Shown here: piece after piece, positions 55,956 through 64,000 of the stretch | How positions within the stretch are numbered: the stretch's first letter is position 1 | Layout of the letters: each line of letters begins with the position of its first letter | Virus record (IMG/VR): IMGVR_UViG_3300025162_000035 | DNA: 64,000 nucleotides | Strand: one strand, 5' to 3' | Origin: a virus | Taxonomy: Duplodnaviria > Heunggongvirae > Uroviricota > Caudoviricetes | The notes under the pieces: model-generated | Databases searched by the model: none | Seen by the model: only the letters and a program-made list of their open reading frames with translations | Told to the model about the DNA's origin: nothing | Position numbers and translations under genes: made by a program

Positions 55956-56623
55956 TTTTTCATAAAGTTATATACGCATCTGTCGGTACCAATTGCAATT
56001 TCAATAACTTTGTACCCTTCAAGGTCTTTCCGTTTACTCATTGAACAAATTTCCATGGAATTCTTGGCACATATAATATCCATCGTTTCTTCCGAATAGT
56101 CTGGAAGACGATCACTTTGACCAAGTTCACATCGTCCGATCATATTATTCATCATAGCCAAAACATCGGAATATAGTTTGATTGAATAATCGTTCATGGT
56201 AGTGGTGGCAAAAATGATCTGGTATTCCAATTGATAGAATTCCTTCAATCGCATGAAATGGGTTGGCTGGTCCTGTTCCTTACGGAATGACTTCCCATGT
56301 TGCCAAACAACGATAGGTGGGCGATATTTTATATTGTTGTGTCCTGATAGCATTTCTTTGGCATATAAATAAGACCCCATAGTGGTTTCTGGTCTTAATG
56401 CAACATCTTCAAATGCCCAGATATCATCTTCAGTATAGTTTGGGTTGATAAATTCTCGTGGGGTTAGTATGGGGGCTTCAACCTGAATAAATTGAAATGC
56501 AGCGTTCTGTTGCTTTAATGATTGAATCAATTTGAATGTGAAGTGTTCTTCCAGCATTTTTCGAATGCGGATTTCTTCTTCAGTCCAAAATATTAAACCA
56601 TTTTTATTATATAGGCTTTCCAT
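55952..56623 (-). CDS. mini histidyl-tRNA-synthetase-like class II catalytic core (223 aa; no insertion or anticodon-binding domain)
   Basis: FEDVALRPETTMGSY (cf. HisRS FEDRNGDSLTLRPEGTAG), motif 2 SFRKEQDQPTHFMRLKEFYQLE (cf. FRHERPQKGRYRQFHQLG), motif-3-like IEIAIGTDRCV (cf. GFAMGLERLV). Confidence 0.55.
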   Translation of the reverse strand: MESLYNKNGLIFWTEEEIRIRKMLEEHFTFKLIQSLKQQNAAFQFIQVEAPILTPREFINPNYTEDDIWAFEDVALRPETTMGSYLYAKEMLSGHNNIKYRPPIVVWQHGKSFRKEQDQPTHFMRLKEFYQLEYQIIFATTTMNDYSIKLYSDVLAMMNNMIGRCELGQSDRLPDYSEETMDIICAKNSMEICSMSKRKDLEGYKVIEIAIGTDRCVYNFMKK

Positions 56624-56870
56624 TGCTAATTTTTTTAAGTTTTAATTTTCTTAATTCTTTGGTAGTTATAAAGTATTCGTCAAACATTGGTTTACCATAT
56701 AGCCAAGGTTTACCTATATTAAATGTTACAAGATATCCACCAGCACCAGATATTAAAACTATGGATAATTCACATTTACTATAAACTTGATATTTAACCC
56801 CAGCTTGAAATAATATTATTTTTTCTGGTGGATATGTATGCTTACAATAAACTTGCTCCACATTTTCCAT
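56607..56870 (-). CDS. small protein of the Lys-rich-C-terminus family (MENVEQVYCKHTYP...FITTKELRKLKLKKISNGKPI*)
   Basis: Tandem paralog; the NG codons contain the ATG of the HisRS-like gene. Confidence 0.5.
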   Translation of the reverse strand: MENVEQVYCKHTYPPEKIILFQAGVKYQVYSKCELSIVLISGAGGYLVTFNIGKPWLYGKPMFDEYFITTKELRKLKLKKISNGKPI

Positions 56871-57123
56871 TTTTCAATTTATCAAGTTTTAATTTTCTTA
56901 ATTCTTTGGTAGTTATAAAGTATTCGTCAAACATTGGGTGCTCATATAGCCAGCGTTTACCTATGTTAAATCTAACACCCCTACCACCATCTCCAATTAT
57001 TCCAACATATTTTTCATTTCTTTCAACCAATTTATATTTAGTACCTTCACTAAATATAACTTTTTCTTCTGGATACCAATGTGGAACTTGCGGATATGTA
57101 GATTTACAGTAGACTTCTTCCAT
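56842..57123 (-). CDS. small protein of the Lys-rich-C-terminus family (MEEVYCKSTYP...FITTKELRKLKLDKLKNGKCGASLL*)
   Basis: Tandem paralog; 29-nt overlap with the next copy. Confidence 0.5.
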   Translation of the reverse strand: MEEVYCKSTYPQVPHWYPEEKVIFSEGTKYKLVERNEKYVGIIGDGGRGVRFNIGKRWLYEHPMFDEYFITTKELRKLKLDKLKNGKCGASLL

Positions 57124-57394
57124 TTTTCAATTTATCAAGTTTTAACTTTCTTAATTCTGATTTGCTTGCAAAATAATGCTCAAAAATAGGCAAATTAGTT
57201 GGTCGTGGATTTCCAATTCGTATATAAAATCTTATAAGATGCTGACTTATATTTTTATTCTTACTAATTATTACTATGGCTGTCTTATTTTCATGAAAAA
57301 CATGGTAGCTTTTTCCAGAGATAAAAAGTATTTCAACATCTTCTTTACAATCTGCTGGTTCCCAATACGTTTCTTTACAATATACTTCAGCCAT
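57104..57394 (-). CDS. small protein of the Lys-rich-C-terminus family (MAEVYCKETYW...SKSELRKLKLDKLKNGRSLL*)
   Basis: Tandem paralog; 20-nt overlap with the next copy. Confidence 0.5.
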   Translation of the reverse strand: MAEVYCKETYWEPADCKEDVEILFISGKSYHVFHENKTAIVIISKNKNISQHLIRFYIRIGNPRPTNLPIFEHYFASKSELRKLKLDKLKNGRSLL

Positions 57395-59624
57395 TACCCA
57401 GTTTCCAATTCATAAAATCATTTTTATGCAACCATTTCATAAATTCAAAAGCATATAAGCATTTTTTGCCTTCACACTCACGATTTCTATTTTTATCACC
57501 ATAGGTACCATATGCTGGATCGCTGGATTTCATTTTTGCAAACTCTGCTATTACCCATTTATGAATATCTGGGTGGTTTTTGGCTCCACTACCACCTTTA
57601 AATGAAAAAGTGTTGAAATGCCTTTCATCAATTTCATATTGTAGAATTGGTACCCATGAATCCATGGTAAGTTGGCAAACCGAAAAAGACTTACATCCAT
57701 TACTAAAGTATTCTTTACCATTCGTGTTGTCAGGATGTTCTGATCCAAGCGTATCGGATTTATGAGTAAGCAACATTAATCCAGTACCATCAAGAATAAG
57801 TGCTTGCTCATGTTGACCTATCATAAACCCATTCTTTATGAATTCTTTTTCGCTTTCTCTTTTATCTTCTTCATATTTAATATATTCTTCATCCAGATGC
57901 AATTGAAATACAATCTCAGTATTATCAGGAGTTTTTTCATAGAAAAATGAAATATATTTTATTCCTTCAATAGATGTAAGATTATAACCGTGTGTTTTAA
58001 ATCTGCTGTAAATAGGACTATTTATCAAATAATCAACACTGTTTCCAAACCCCATTGGAAGGTCTGGCTGTGGAGTTACAAATTTTATGCTCACTGTTAT
58101 TTTATCACTTGCATATTCATTTTTCCTTTTATCAGAAAAATCAAATGTGCAAGACACATCAGTAGATTTTTTGAAAATCGTAAATTCTTTTTTGACCGCT
58201 CTGAATAATTTATCCTTATCAATTTCTTCTGGGATGAAGTCTTTATATCGACCATCCTTCGTAACAATTGCTAAGAATTTTTTTGCGAATTTAACATTAC
58301 TACCTTTGCTATATTCGCTTGCCATTTCTTCTTCTTCGTGAGCCAATATATCTTTACAGATTTCAATTCCAGCATCAATATAAGATTGATGTACGCTTTT
58401 TATACGTTCCCGCTTAAGGCTATCCTTATTGATCATTATGTCAATTATGGAGTAATCACAAATAGGATAATACGGATGATAATCTGGGTCTATTTTAGTG
58501 AATTTTGATCCGCTTGGCTTTTTATTTTTTTCTTCATTAAATTTTAATTGAATGAAGGCATCCATAACATCATGCAGTTCATCAGTAGTAAGATCATCGA
58601 TGGACTTTTCACCAAATCTGGAATCTTTCGGAAGCGTATCACCATAGATGCGTTTCATTGCATCTTTGATCATATCAAATTGCTTATTTTCTTTTGATTT
58701 TTCTTTTTGAATAATTTTATTCATTTCTGAACCGTATTCATCCACCGTCAATTTAACTTCTGGAATAGAAAGTATTTTATCAACAACGATCTGAATTTCT
58801 GGACTAAATTTGGCATTCTGCCAATCACCATATAAAGATTTATCTTGGTCTGCACCAAGTTCTTCAATGACGTACCCAGCTTTATTCAACCCGTATCCAG
58901 TTCCGATGGTGCAAAGTAAATGATCTAAAACACGTTTACGAGTTTTATAAAGAGAATAGTATCGATGTTGCGGATTTGTTAAAATTTCAACCCACTCGTC
59001 AAATGTTTTATTGATCTTTAACTGCTTCTTTTCAAGTTCAGTTATTTCGTGCAGCCTACCTTCAAGTATCAATTTTTTAAATGATTCAAAGTTGATAGAT
59101 TGGTGATCAAAAGATTCCCGAACATGTAAGCTCCAAGCATCGTAAATTAAATTTTCAATCCTTTCATTTTTAGGATTGATCATTTCAATTTTATATTTTG
59201 GATTTTCTTCGCAGTCATAGGATGTTTCGCTTTTGGATAAACGTCCTTTATGTCCCCAACAAATCCTACCAGCACTAAATAGTGTTTCGTATATGTAGCC
59301 CAATTTGGCTAATTGTGGAAGATTTGCACGTTTTGATAAATAAACCTGATGCTCACTAATTGCATTTAAAAGTGGATCAATGACATTTTTTTCAAATTTG
59401 AAAGTATTATCATCTACTTTACATTTTCTTATTTCATCCTCAGTAATCTTGAAATCTGCAATGGTTTTACCATTATCACTGATAACTTTTAAAATATCAT
59501 CAGTAGTACATTCAAACTCAGATTTTATGTCGGTAAGAGTATCAAATCCGTTATAATGTTTTCCTTTACTGGATTGTACTAAAGCATCAAAAATTGTTTC
59601 CATGTCCATTGTTTTTTCGATCAT
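57387..59624 (-). CDS. large hypothetical protein (745 aa) ending ...NWKLGNG*
   Basis: Intact long ORF; its terminal NG codons (AATGGC) carry the ATG of the next gene; no motif recognised. Confidence 0.55.
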   Translation of the reverse strand: MIEKTMDMETIFDALVQSSKGKHYNGFDTLTDIKSEFECTTDDILKVISDNGKTIADFKITEDEIRKCKVDDNTFKFEKNVIDPLLNAISEHQVYLSKRANLPQLAKLGYIYETLFSAGRICWGHKGRLSKSETSYDCEENPKYKIEMINPKNERIENLIYDAWSLHVRESFDHQSINFESFKKLILEGRLHEITELEKKQLKINKTFDEWVEILTNPQHRYYSLYKTRKRVLDHLLCTIGTGYGLNKAGYVIEELGADQDKSLYGDWQNAKFSPEIQIVVDKILSIPEVKLTVDEYGSEMNKIIQKEKSKENKQFDMIKDAMKRIYGDTLPKDSRFGEKSIDDLTTDELHDVMDAFIQLKFNEEKNKKPSGSKFTKIDPDYHPYYPICDYSIIDIMINKDSLKRERIKSVHQSYIDAGIEICKDILAHEEEEMASEYSKGSNVKFAKKFLAIVTKDGRYKDFIPEEIDKDKLFRAVKKEFTIFKKSTDVSCTFDFSDKRKNEYASDKITVSIKFVTPQPDLPMGFGNSVDYLINSPIYSRFKTHGYNLTSIEGIKYISFFYEKTPDNTEIVFQLHLDEEYIKYEEDKRESEKEFIKNGFMIGQHEQALILDGTGLMLLTHKSDTLGSEHPDNTNGKEYFSNGCKSFSVCQLTMDSWVPILQYEIDERHFNTFSFKGGSGAKNHPDIHKWVIAEFAKMKSSDPAYGTYGDKNRNRECEGKKCLYAFEFMKWLHKNDFMNWKLGNG

Positions 59625-60484
59625 AATTGATCTTTACATTTTTGCAAGTTTGCGGTTTGGGCGGCAGTCAATGCTGGATATTCCAAATTAAGTTTTTTCA
59701 TTCGGTCCAGCAGAATTTCAGATACAATCAATCTGGACGCTTTCTTTTGGTTTGATGGAACAACATACCAAGGGCATTCTTTAGTTGAAGTTTCATTAAT
59801 CAAATCTTCATAGCATTCCATATATTTTTCCCAGAACGTGCGTTCTTTCAGATCAGATTCCGAAAATTTCCAATTCTTGGATTTATCTTCGATCCGTTCA
59901 AGCAATCTCTTTTTTTGCTCATCTTTGGTGATGTTCAAAAAAAGTTTTATGACAATGGTGCCATTTTTGTGAAGCATCCGTTCAAAATCCTTGATTTGCT
60001 TGAACCGTTCTTCAAAAATGTCTTTATGGATAAGTTCTGTTGGTATTTTTTGAAAAACAATTAAATCATGAACTCGAACAACCAGCACTTCTTCGTAATA
60101 TGAACGGTTAAAAATCCCAATGTGACCTCTTTCTGGCATTGATTTATGGGCTTTCCACAAATAATCATGACCTAATTCTTCCGCACTGGGTTGCTTAAAG
60201 CTTGAAACTTGAGTTGATTGCGGATTGAATCCAGCCATAACATGCTTTATGATTCCGTCCTTCCCCGCAGTGTCCATGGCTTGAATTACAATCAATATGG
60301 AATACTTTCCGTCTGCATATAATTTACCTTGCAGATCAACAAGTTCTTCAATATTTCCAGACAGTTCATCAATATCTTCCAACGTTGAATCGGCTCTCAT
60401 TTTTTTAAGGCTGATTTTATTACTACCATCAACCTCGAATTTGTCTATATTCATATTTTTTTTGTTTTTAGTGACATTGAGCAT
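59621..60484 (-). CDS. ppk2: polyphosphate kinase 2 (PPK2) family protein
   Basis: Walker A AMDTAGKDG, FNRSYYEEVLVVRVH and PWYVVPSNQK match the PPK2 signature. Confidence 0.85.
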   Translation of the reverse strand: MLNVTKNKKNMNIDKFEVDGSNKISLKKMRADSTLEDIDELSGNIEELVDLQGKLYADGKYSILIVIQAMDTAGKDGIIKHVMAGFNPQSTQVSSFKQPSAEELGHDYLWKAHKSMPERGHIGIFNRSYYEEVLVVRVHDLIVFQKIPTELIHKDIFEERFKQIKDFERMLHKNGTIVIKLFLNITKDEQKKRLLERIEDKSKNWKFSESDLKERTFWEKYMECYEDLINETSTKECPWYVVPSNQKKASRLIVSEILLDRMKKLNLEYPALTAAQTANLQKCKDQL

Positions 60485-60696
60485 TTAAATACTGGTGTTT
60501 CGATTATTTTTGCAACCCAATATCCACCTTCTGGGTTATTTTTTTGTAATCTGTTTGCACATGCGATTGTGCTTTTGAGTGATTTATAATTATAATAATC
60601 ATCATCGGAAGGCAAAACGGTGAAATAATCGTATTCACCATCCCCTTTCATTCTCACCTCATAATAAGTTGTTTTTTTCATATCAGTCAGTATCAA
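60451..60696 (-). CDS. small hypothetical protein (81 aa)
   Basis: ORF track. Confidence 0.3.
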   Translation of the reverse strand: MILTDMKKTTYYEVRMKGDGEYDYFTVLPSDDDYYNYKSLKSTIACANRLQKNNPEGGYWVAKIIETPVFKCSMSLKTKKI

Positions 60697-61126
60697 GTTC
60701 TGAAATTTTCAACATTCTATCTAAAAGCAGACCACTTTTAAATCTGAATTCTTTTTTAAATGGTACAGCTTTGTTTTCTTTGGTGTAAGAAAAATATTGG
60801 GCATCTTTACAAGTAACATTAAACCTCATACCCTGAGCAAATTTATCAGTAGTACCCCTTACATTATAATTTACTTCTGGAGCAGAAAAAACACACTCAC
60901 GATACAATGTGCATGAATCCGTTTTGTGCTTCCACTGCCAAGCCAGAAAGATTTGATCATCAGGCGAAAAAGAATTGAGCTTACCAATAAATTCGTTAAA
61001 GGCAGCAATATCAATAATAATAAGCACAAACCCATTTTCGGATTGGTTGATCATTTTATAGTTTTCCTTCTCTGACCTGAACAATTTGATAAATCTCTTC
61101 TTCATAGGATATATTTTAGGTAGCAA
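60683..61126 (-). CDS. hypothetical protein (147 aa)
   Basis: ORF track. Confidence 0.4.
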   Translation of the reverse strand: MLPKIYPMKKRFIKLFRSEKENYKMINQSENGFVLIIIDIAAFNEFIGKLNSFSPDDQIFLAWQWKHKTDSCTLYRECVFSAPEVNYNVRGTTDKFAQGMRFNVTCKDAQYFSYTKENKAVPFKKEFRFKSGLLLDRMLKISELDTD

Positions 61127-61223
61127 AAGTAATAAAGTTTATTGATTAAAAAAAATATTAAACAAAAAAATTCAAATCTTATATAACTTATCATGGAAGT
61201 AAAATTGAAAAAAATGTATTAAT

Positions 61224-61451
61224 ATGGGAAAAGAAATTGTTACAATAGGTGATTTATTAACAGAATATATAAAATCTGTAATCGAAGAAGAATTCCCAGA
61301 TCATCCACCAACATTTATTGTGTCTAAATTATTTGAAGATAGCCAAATTCTTCTAACAATAACTAATTATGGCTGGAGTCATACCAGTGTAATTGGATTT
61401 CAAACTGATATAAAAAGATTAATTCATGATTTACAACATGAAACAACATAA
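61224..61451 (+). CDS. small hypothetical protein (75 aa)
   Basis: ORF track. Confidence 0.35.
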   Translation: MGKEIVTIGDLLTEYIKSVIEEEFPDHPPTFIVSKLFEDSQILLTITNYGWSHTSVIGFQTDIKRLIHDLQHETT

Positions 61452-61466
61452 AAATAAATCCACTAA

Positions 61467-62678
61467 ATGACGCTAAAAAATGAAACTCTATTACAGCTCA
61501 TACCACGTGACTTTCAATATTTAACACAGCAGAAGAAGCTTCAGTATCAAACGAACACCCAGCAAGGTGTAATACACCTTAAAACAGAATATTTGATTGA
61601 TATTATCAGTCATTTCATGAAAAAATATTTTTATAATTGCAAACAGGAATTAAATTTCGGTATGCACTCATTATTACTTAAACAAAAATATGGTGAGCAT
61701 TATAATTTTTACATGGACTGGCTTCAATCAAAAAAATTCCTATTCATGGTTTCAAATTATTATAGTGGGGTAAAAACAAAAACATATCAAATAAATAATA
61801 TTTTTTTATCCGATGTCATCAGATATAAAAGTTATGATAAGATTTTAATAAAGAAGACTAAAAAATATTTGCTTGATTCGATTTCTGATGGACCGAGCCC
61901 GATATTAATCGATGTTAGAAAAAAACTCGTTGATAATCTGAAATACATAAATATTGATCATGATGGGGCTTCTGCTTTTTTAGATACATATTTTGATAGA
62001 CGAAAAGGCTCTAAAGATATTGAAAAGTACAAAAAGAATAAGCAAACCATAGATGATATAAAGGCTGGAGATATGTATTTTGTTTTTGATACGTATGGTA
62101 GATTTCATACTAATTATACAGTTTTGAAAAGAGAACTACGAAAGAATTTCTTAACAATAAATAATGAACGTTTGGGAGAAATCGATATTAAAAATTCACA
62201 GCCTTATTTTCTTGCATTGTATATGAAGCAACTTGATCCTACTATTAATGGATCAAGCCAAAATTATTTTGATTTGGTTAAAAATGGATTAATATATGAA
62301 GATATCATGGAGAGAAGTATTGTTAAGGATCGTGATGATGCCAAAGATTTGATGATTAAAGTTCTGTTCGATAATCAGGATCGTGGTGATCATAAATGGG
62401 AAAATGCAATATTTAAAGAACTATACCCATCAATTCATGCGCACATTAGAGAAATGAAAGCTATAAACCATAAGGAATGCGCTCATAAATTACAACGGTT
62501 GGAAAGTGATTTTCTTATGAACATTGTTATAAAGGAAATAATTACAACCTACCCAGAACTAATCTTCTTCACAGTTCATGATTCAATAATGTACCCGATA
62601 TCTTATGATACAAAGGTTAAAGATATTTTCTACAAGCACAAAAAAGAAATGGATAAGGTATTAGATAGAAAATTATAA
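61467..62678 (+). CDS. hypothetical protein (403 aa) with polymerase palm-like motifs
   Basis: YINIDHDGASAF (motif A-like Asp), IKNSQPYFLALYMK (motif B-like Lys/Tyr) and IFFTVHDSIMYP (motif C-like HDS, cf. T7 RNAP IHDSFG). Suggestive only. Confidence 0.4.
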   Translation: MTLKNETLLQLIPRDFQYLTQQKKLQYQTNTQQGVIHLKTEYLIDIISHFMKKYFYNCKQELNFGMHSLLLKQKYGEHYNFYMDWLQSKKFLFMVSNYYSGVKTKTYQINNIFLSDVIRYKSYDKILIKKTKKYLLDSISDGPSPILIDVRKKLVDNLKYINIDHDGASAFLDTYFDRRKGSKDIEKYKKNKQTIDDIKAGDMYFVFDTYGRFHTNYTVLKRELRKNFLTINNERLGEIDIKNSQPYFLALYMKQLDPTINGSSQNYFDLVKNGLIYEDIMERSIVKDRDDAKDLMIKVLFDNQDRGDHKWENAIFKELYPSIHAHIREMKAINHKECAHKLQRLESDFLMNIVIKEIITTYPELIFFTVHDSIMYPISYDTKVKDIFYKHKKEMDKVLDRKL

Positions 62679-63803
62679 TTTTATCACGGCTGGTTCTTCC
62701 CCTATTTGACGATATCTAAAATTACTATTTTCAACGAATTTCTTCATTTTCTTCAATGACGTTGCAGCAATAATAAACCCATGATTCCTTAAATTTATAG
62801 CGAATACACCATCTTTTTCGGAGTTCTTGTCGGCTAACACTGAGGATATTTCACTGATTTCCCTCATATCACCGCATGGATAATAATATTGTGTCAATGG
62901 TACCATATTTATATAGGCATGCCCATGAATAATATAATTTATCTTCTTGAAATTCGAATATATGAATAACTGGATAGGAGTATCCACACTTGGTTTTTTT
63001 GATTCATCAACTTCATAGAAGAAATAATTGGATGTAATATCATTGTTTATTGCTCTTGCTGCAATGAAATCATCAGGGGAAATTGATGCCTTAGGAATAT
63101 TCCTTGATGACACCATTATACATTGGCTTTTTTCTGCTGGTCTAAATGATGGAAATAGTTTTGAACATCTGGTTGATGCGTTTCCAAAATATCTTCCCCC
63201 ACGCTGGGCTTCAACTTTAGCTGCCACAGTTTTAATAATGTTACAGAAATCTGGAAGGTCTTTTGGTGTTGTCATTTTTAAATCCTTAATGCACATCCCA
63301 GTAACTCTTTTTGATGCTACCCTTATAGATTCAGTTGACCAGTTGTAAAGCTTCAATATGGAAATTGAAAGTTCTTTGATATCTGTAGTTTTACACCAAA
63401 GGTTTCCGAGGGCATCTACAAAATGAAACATGAATTTTCCTGTTTCATCTGAATCAATGGCGATAACAGCATTTGCACTCATCTTGAATATTCTTGCAAC
63501 AGCATCACCAATGGTTCTATCATCCCTCAGAACTTTGGAGCATATTAATACAGCACCAGTTTTCTTTTTAGGATAAAATTTTTCAACGTCATTGCTGACA
63601 TTTGGTGCCCAGATAATCAGATCATATTGAGTATAATCTTCAGACGTTAATTGCTTTATTGGGCCGCCATTGATGCACCAAATATTACAGTTTTTGTAGA
63701 ATGGTATAATTGCTTCAGCAAGAAGATCAGTCAATTTTTTAATAACTGATGATGCTTTTGGGGTATCACCAAATGTCCCACCGACAATCATTATATTTTT
63801 CAT
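62673..63803 (-). CDS. two-domain protein: N-terminal Rossmann-like domain of unknown function fused to a C-terminal class II aldolase/adducin-like domain
   Basis: C-terminal IIHGHAYINM...PCGDMRE...LRNHGFIIAATSLKKM resembles the class II (metal-dependent) aldolase signature. Confidence 0.5.
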   Translation of the reverse strand: MKNIMIVGGTFGDTPKASSVIKKLTDLLAEAIIPFYKNCNIWCINGGPIKQLTSEDYTQYDLIIWAPNVSNDVEKFYPKKKTGAVLICSKVLRDDRTIGDAVARIFKMSANAVIAIDSDETGKFMFHFVDALGNLWCKTTDIKELSISILKLYNWSTESIRVASKRVTGMCIKDLKMTTPKDLPDFCNIIKTVAAKVEAQRGGRYFGNASTRCSKLFPSFRPAEKSQCIMVSSRNIPKASISPDDFIAARAINNDITSNYFFYEVDESKKPSVDTPIQLFIYSNFKKINYIIHGHAYINMVPLTQYYYPCGDMREISEISSVLADKNSEKDGVFAINLRNHGFIIAATSLKKMKKFVENSNFRYRQIGEEPAVIKL

Positions 63804-64000
63804 AAGTTTCCGTGTTTAAAATCGTTTAAAGTTCATTTAATATGCTTAGTTTAGCCTTTCTTAAAAATACCTGTACCTCTGGTCTTTTGAAAAATTCAAC
63901 CCCAACAGAATAAATATTTTCATATGGGGAATTTAATAAATCCAATGGGTTAATATTCCAATCAACCAAATGACTTGATATAAAATTTCCTTTTTTATCA

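Overview
This window is AT-rich DNA (visually about 28-30% GC) that reads like part of a jumbo or mega-phage, or a phage-like element of a bacterium. The evidence is: tightly packed, often overlapping genes on both strands; many small unknown ORFs; Shine-Dalgarno sites in front of a few genes (AGGAG before aspS, AAGGAGG before the KamA-like gene); hairpin-plus-T-run terminators; two HNH nucleases, a degenerate NUMOD3 homing-endonuclease remnant and a T4-like DenV; PhoH, Dps, PPK2 and an SPFH protein.

Recognisable content:
- A CRISPR-type array at 3017-4420 with about 22 repeat units and unique spacers that are GC-richer than the genome. No cas gene is visible in the window.
- A methionyl-tRNA synthetase with no start codon of its own, an archaeal/eukaryotic-type aspartyl-tRNA synthetase, and a 223-aa mini-HisRS-like catalytic core.
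- One tRNA-Met(CAT) and a cluster of three more tRNAs.
- A KamA/EpmB-type radical-SAM lysine aminomutase, an RNA ligase, a CCA-type nucleotidyltransferase, a PurN formyltransferase, a CDF transporter, a GT4-like glycosyltransferase, a DUF262 protein, and a fusion of an unknown domain with a class II aldolase.

Unexplained structure that looks most novel:
1. A family of at least 12 small proteins (about 75-130 aa). They share an N-terminal 'V-x-C-K-K-D-Y' core and a C-terminal Lys-rich motif 'ELRKxKLxK(I/L)(K)NG'. The final Asn-Gly codons (AAT GGA) carry the ATG of the next gene. These proteins sit beside tRNA- and RNA-acting enzymes; in the MetRS case the small ORF appears fused through a +1 frame change.
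2. A tandem array of seven fast-diverging paralogs at 10275-13999, plus five dispersed members. The fuller-length paralogs share an N-terminus 'M-K-Y-L-K-T-F-E' and most share a C-terminus 'K-x-F-D-L/M'. This layout resembles capsid-targeted injected proteins.
3. A recurring bipartite promoter-like element: a T-tract followed by an extended -10 box 'TTGTAYATTTG', 15-46 nt upstream of at least 13 genes.
4. A CRISPR repeat whose 5' half is progressively deleted along the array while a 3' 21-nt handle with a GUAA-tetraloop hairpin is kept in every unit.

Several GC-richer islands suggest horizontally acquired cassettes, among them a DUF262 gene with a 394-aa partner.
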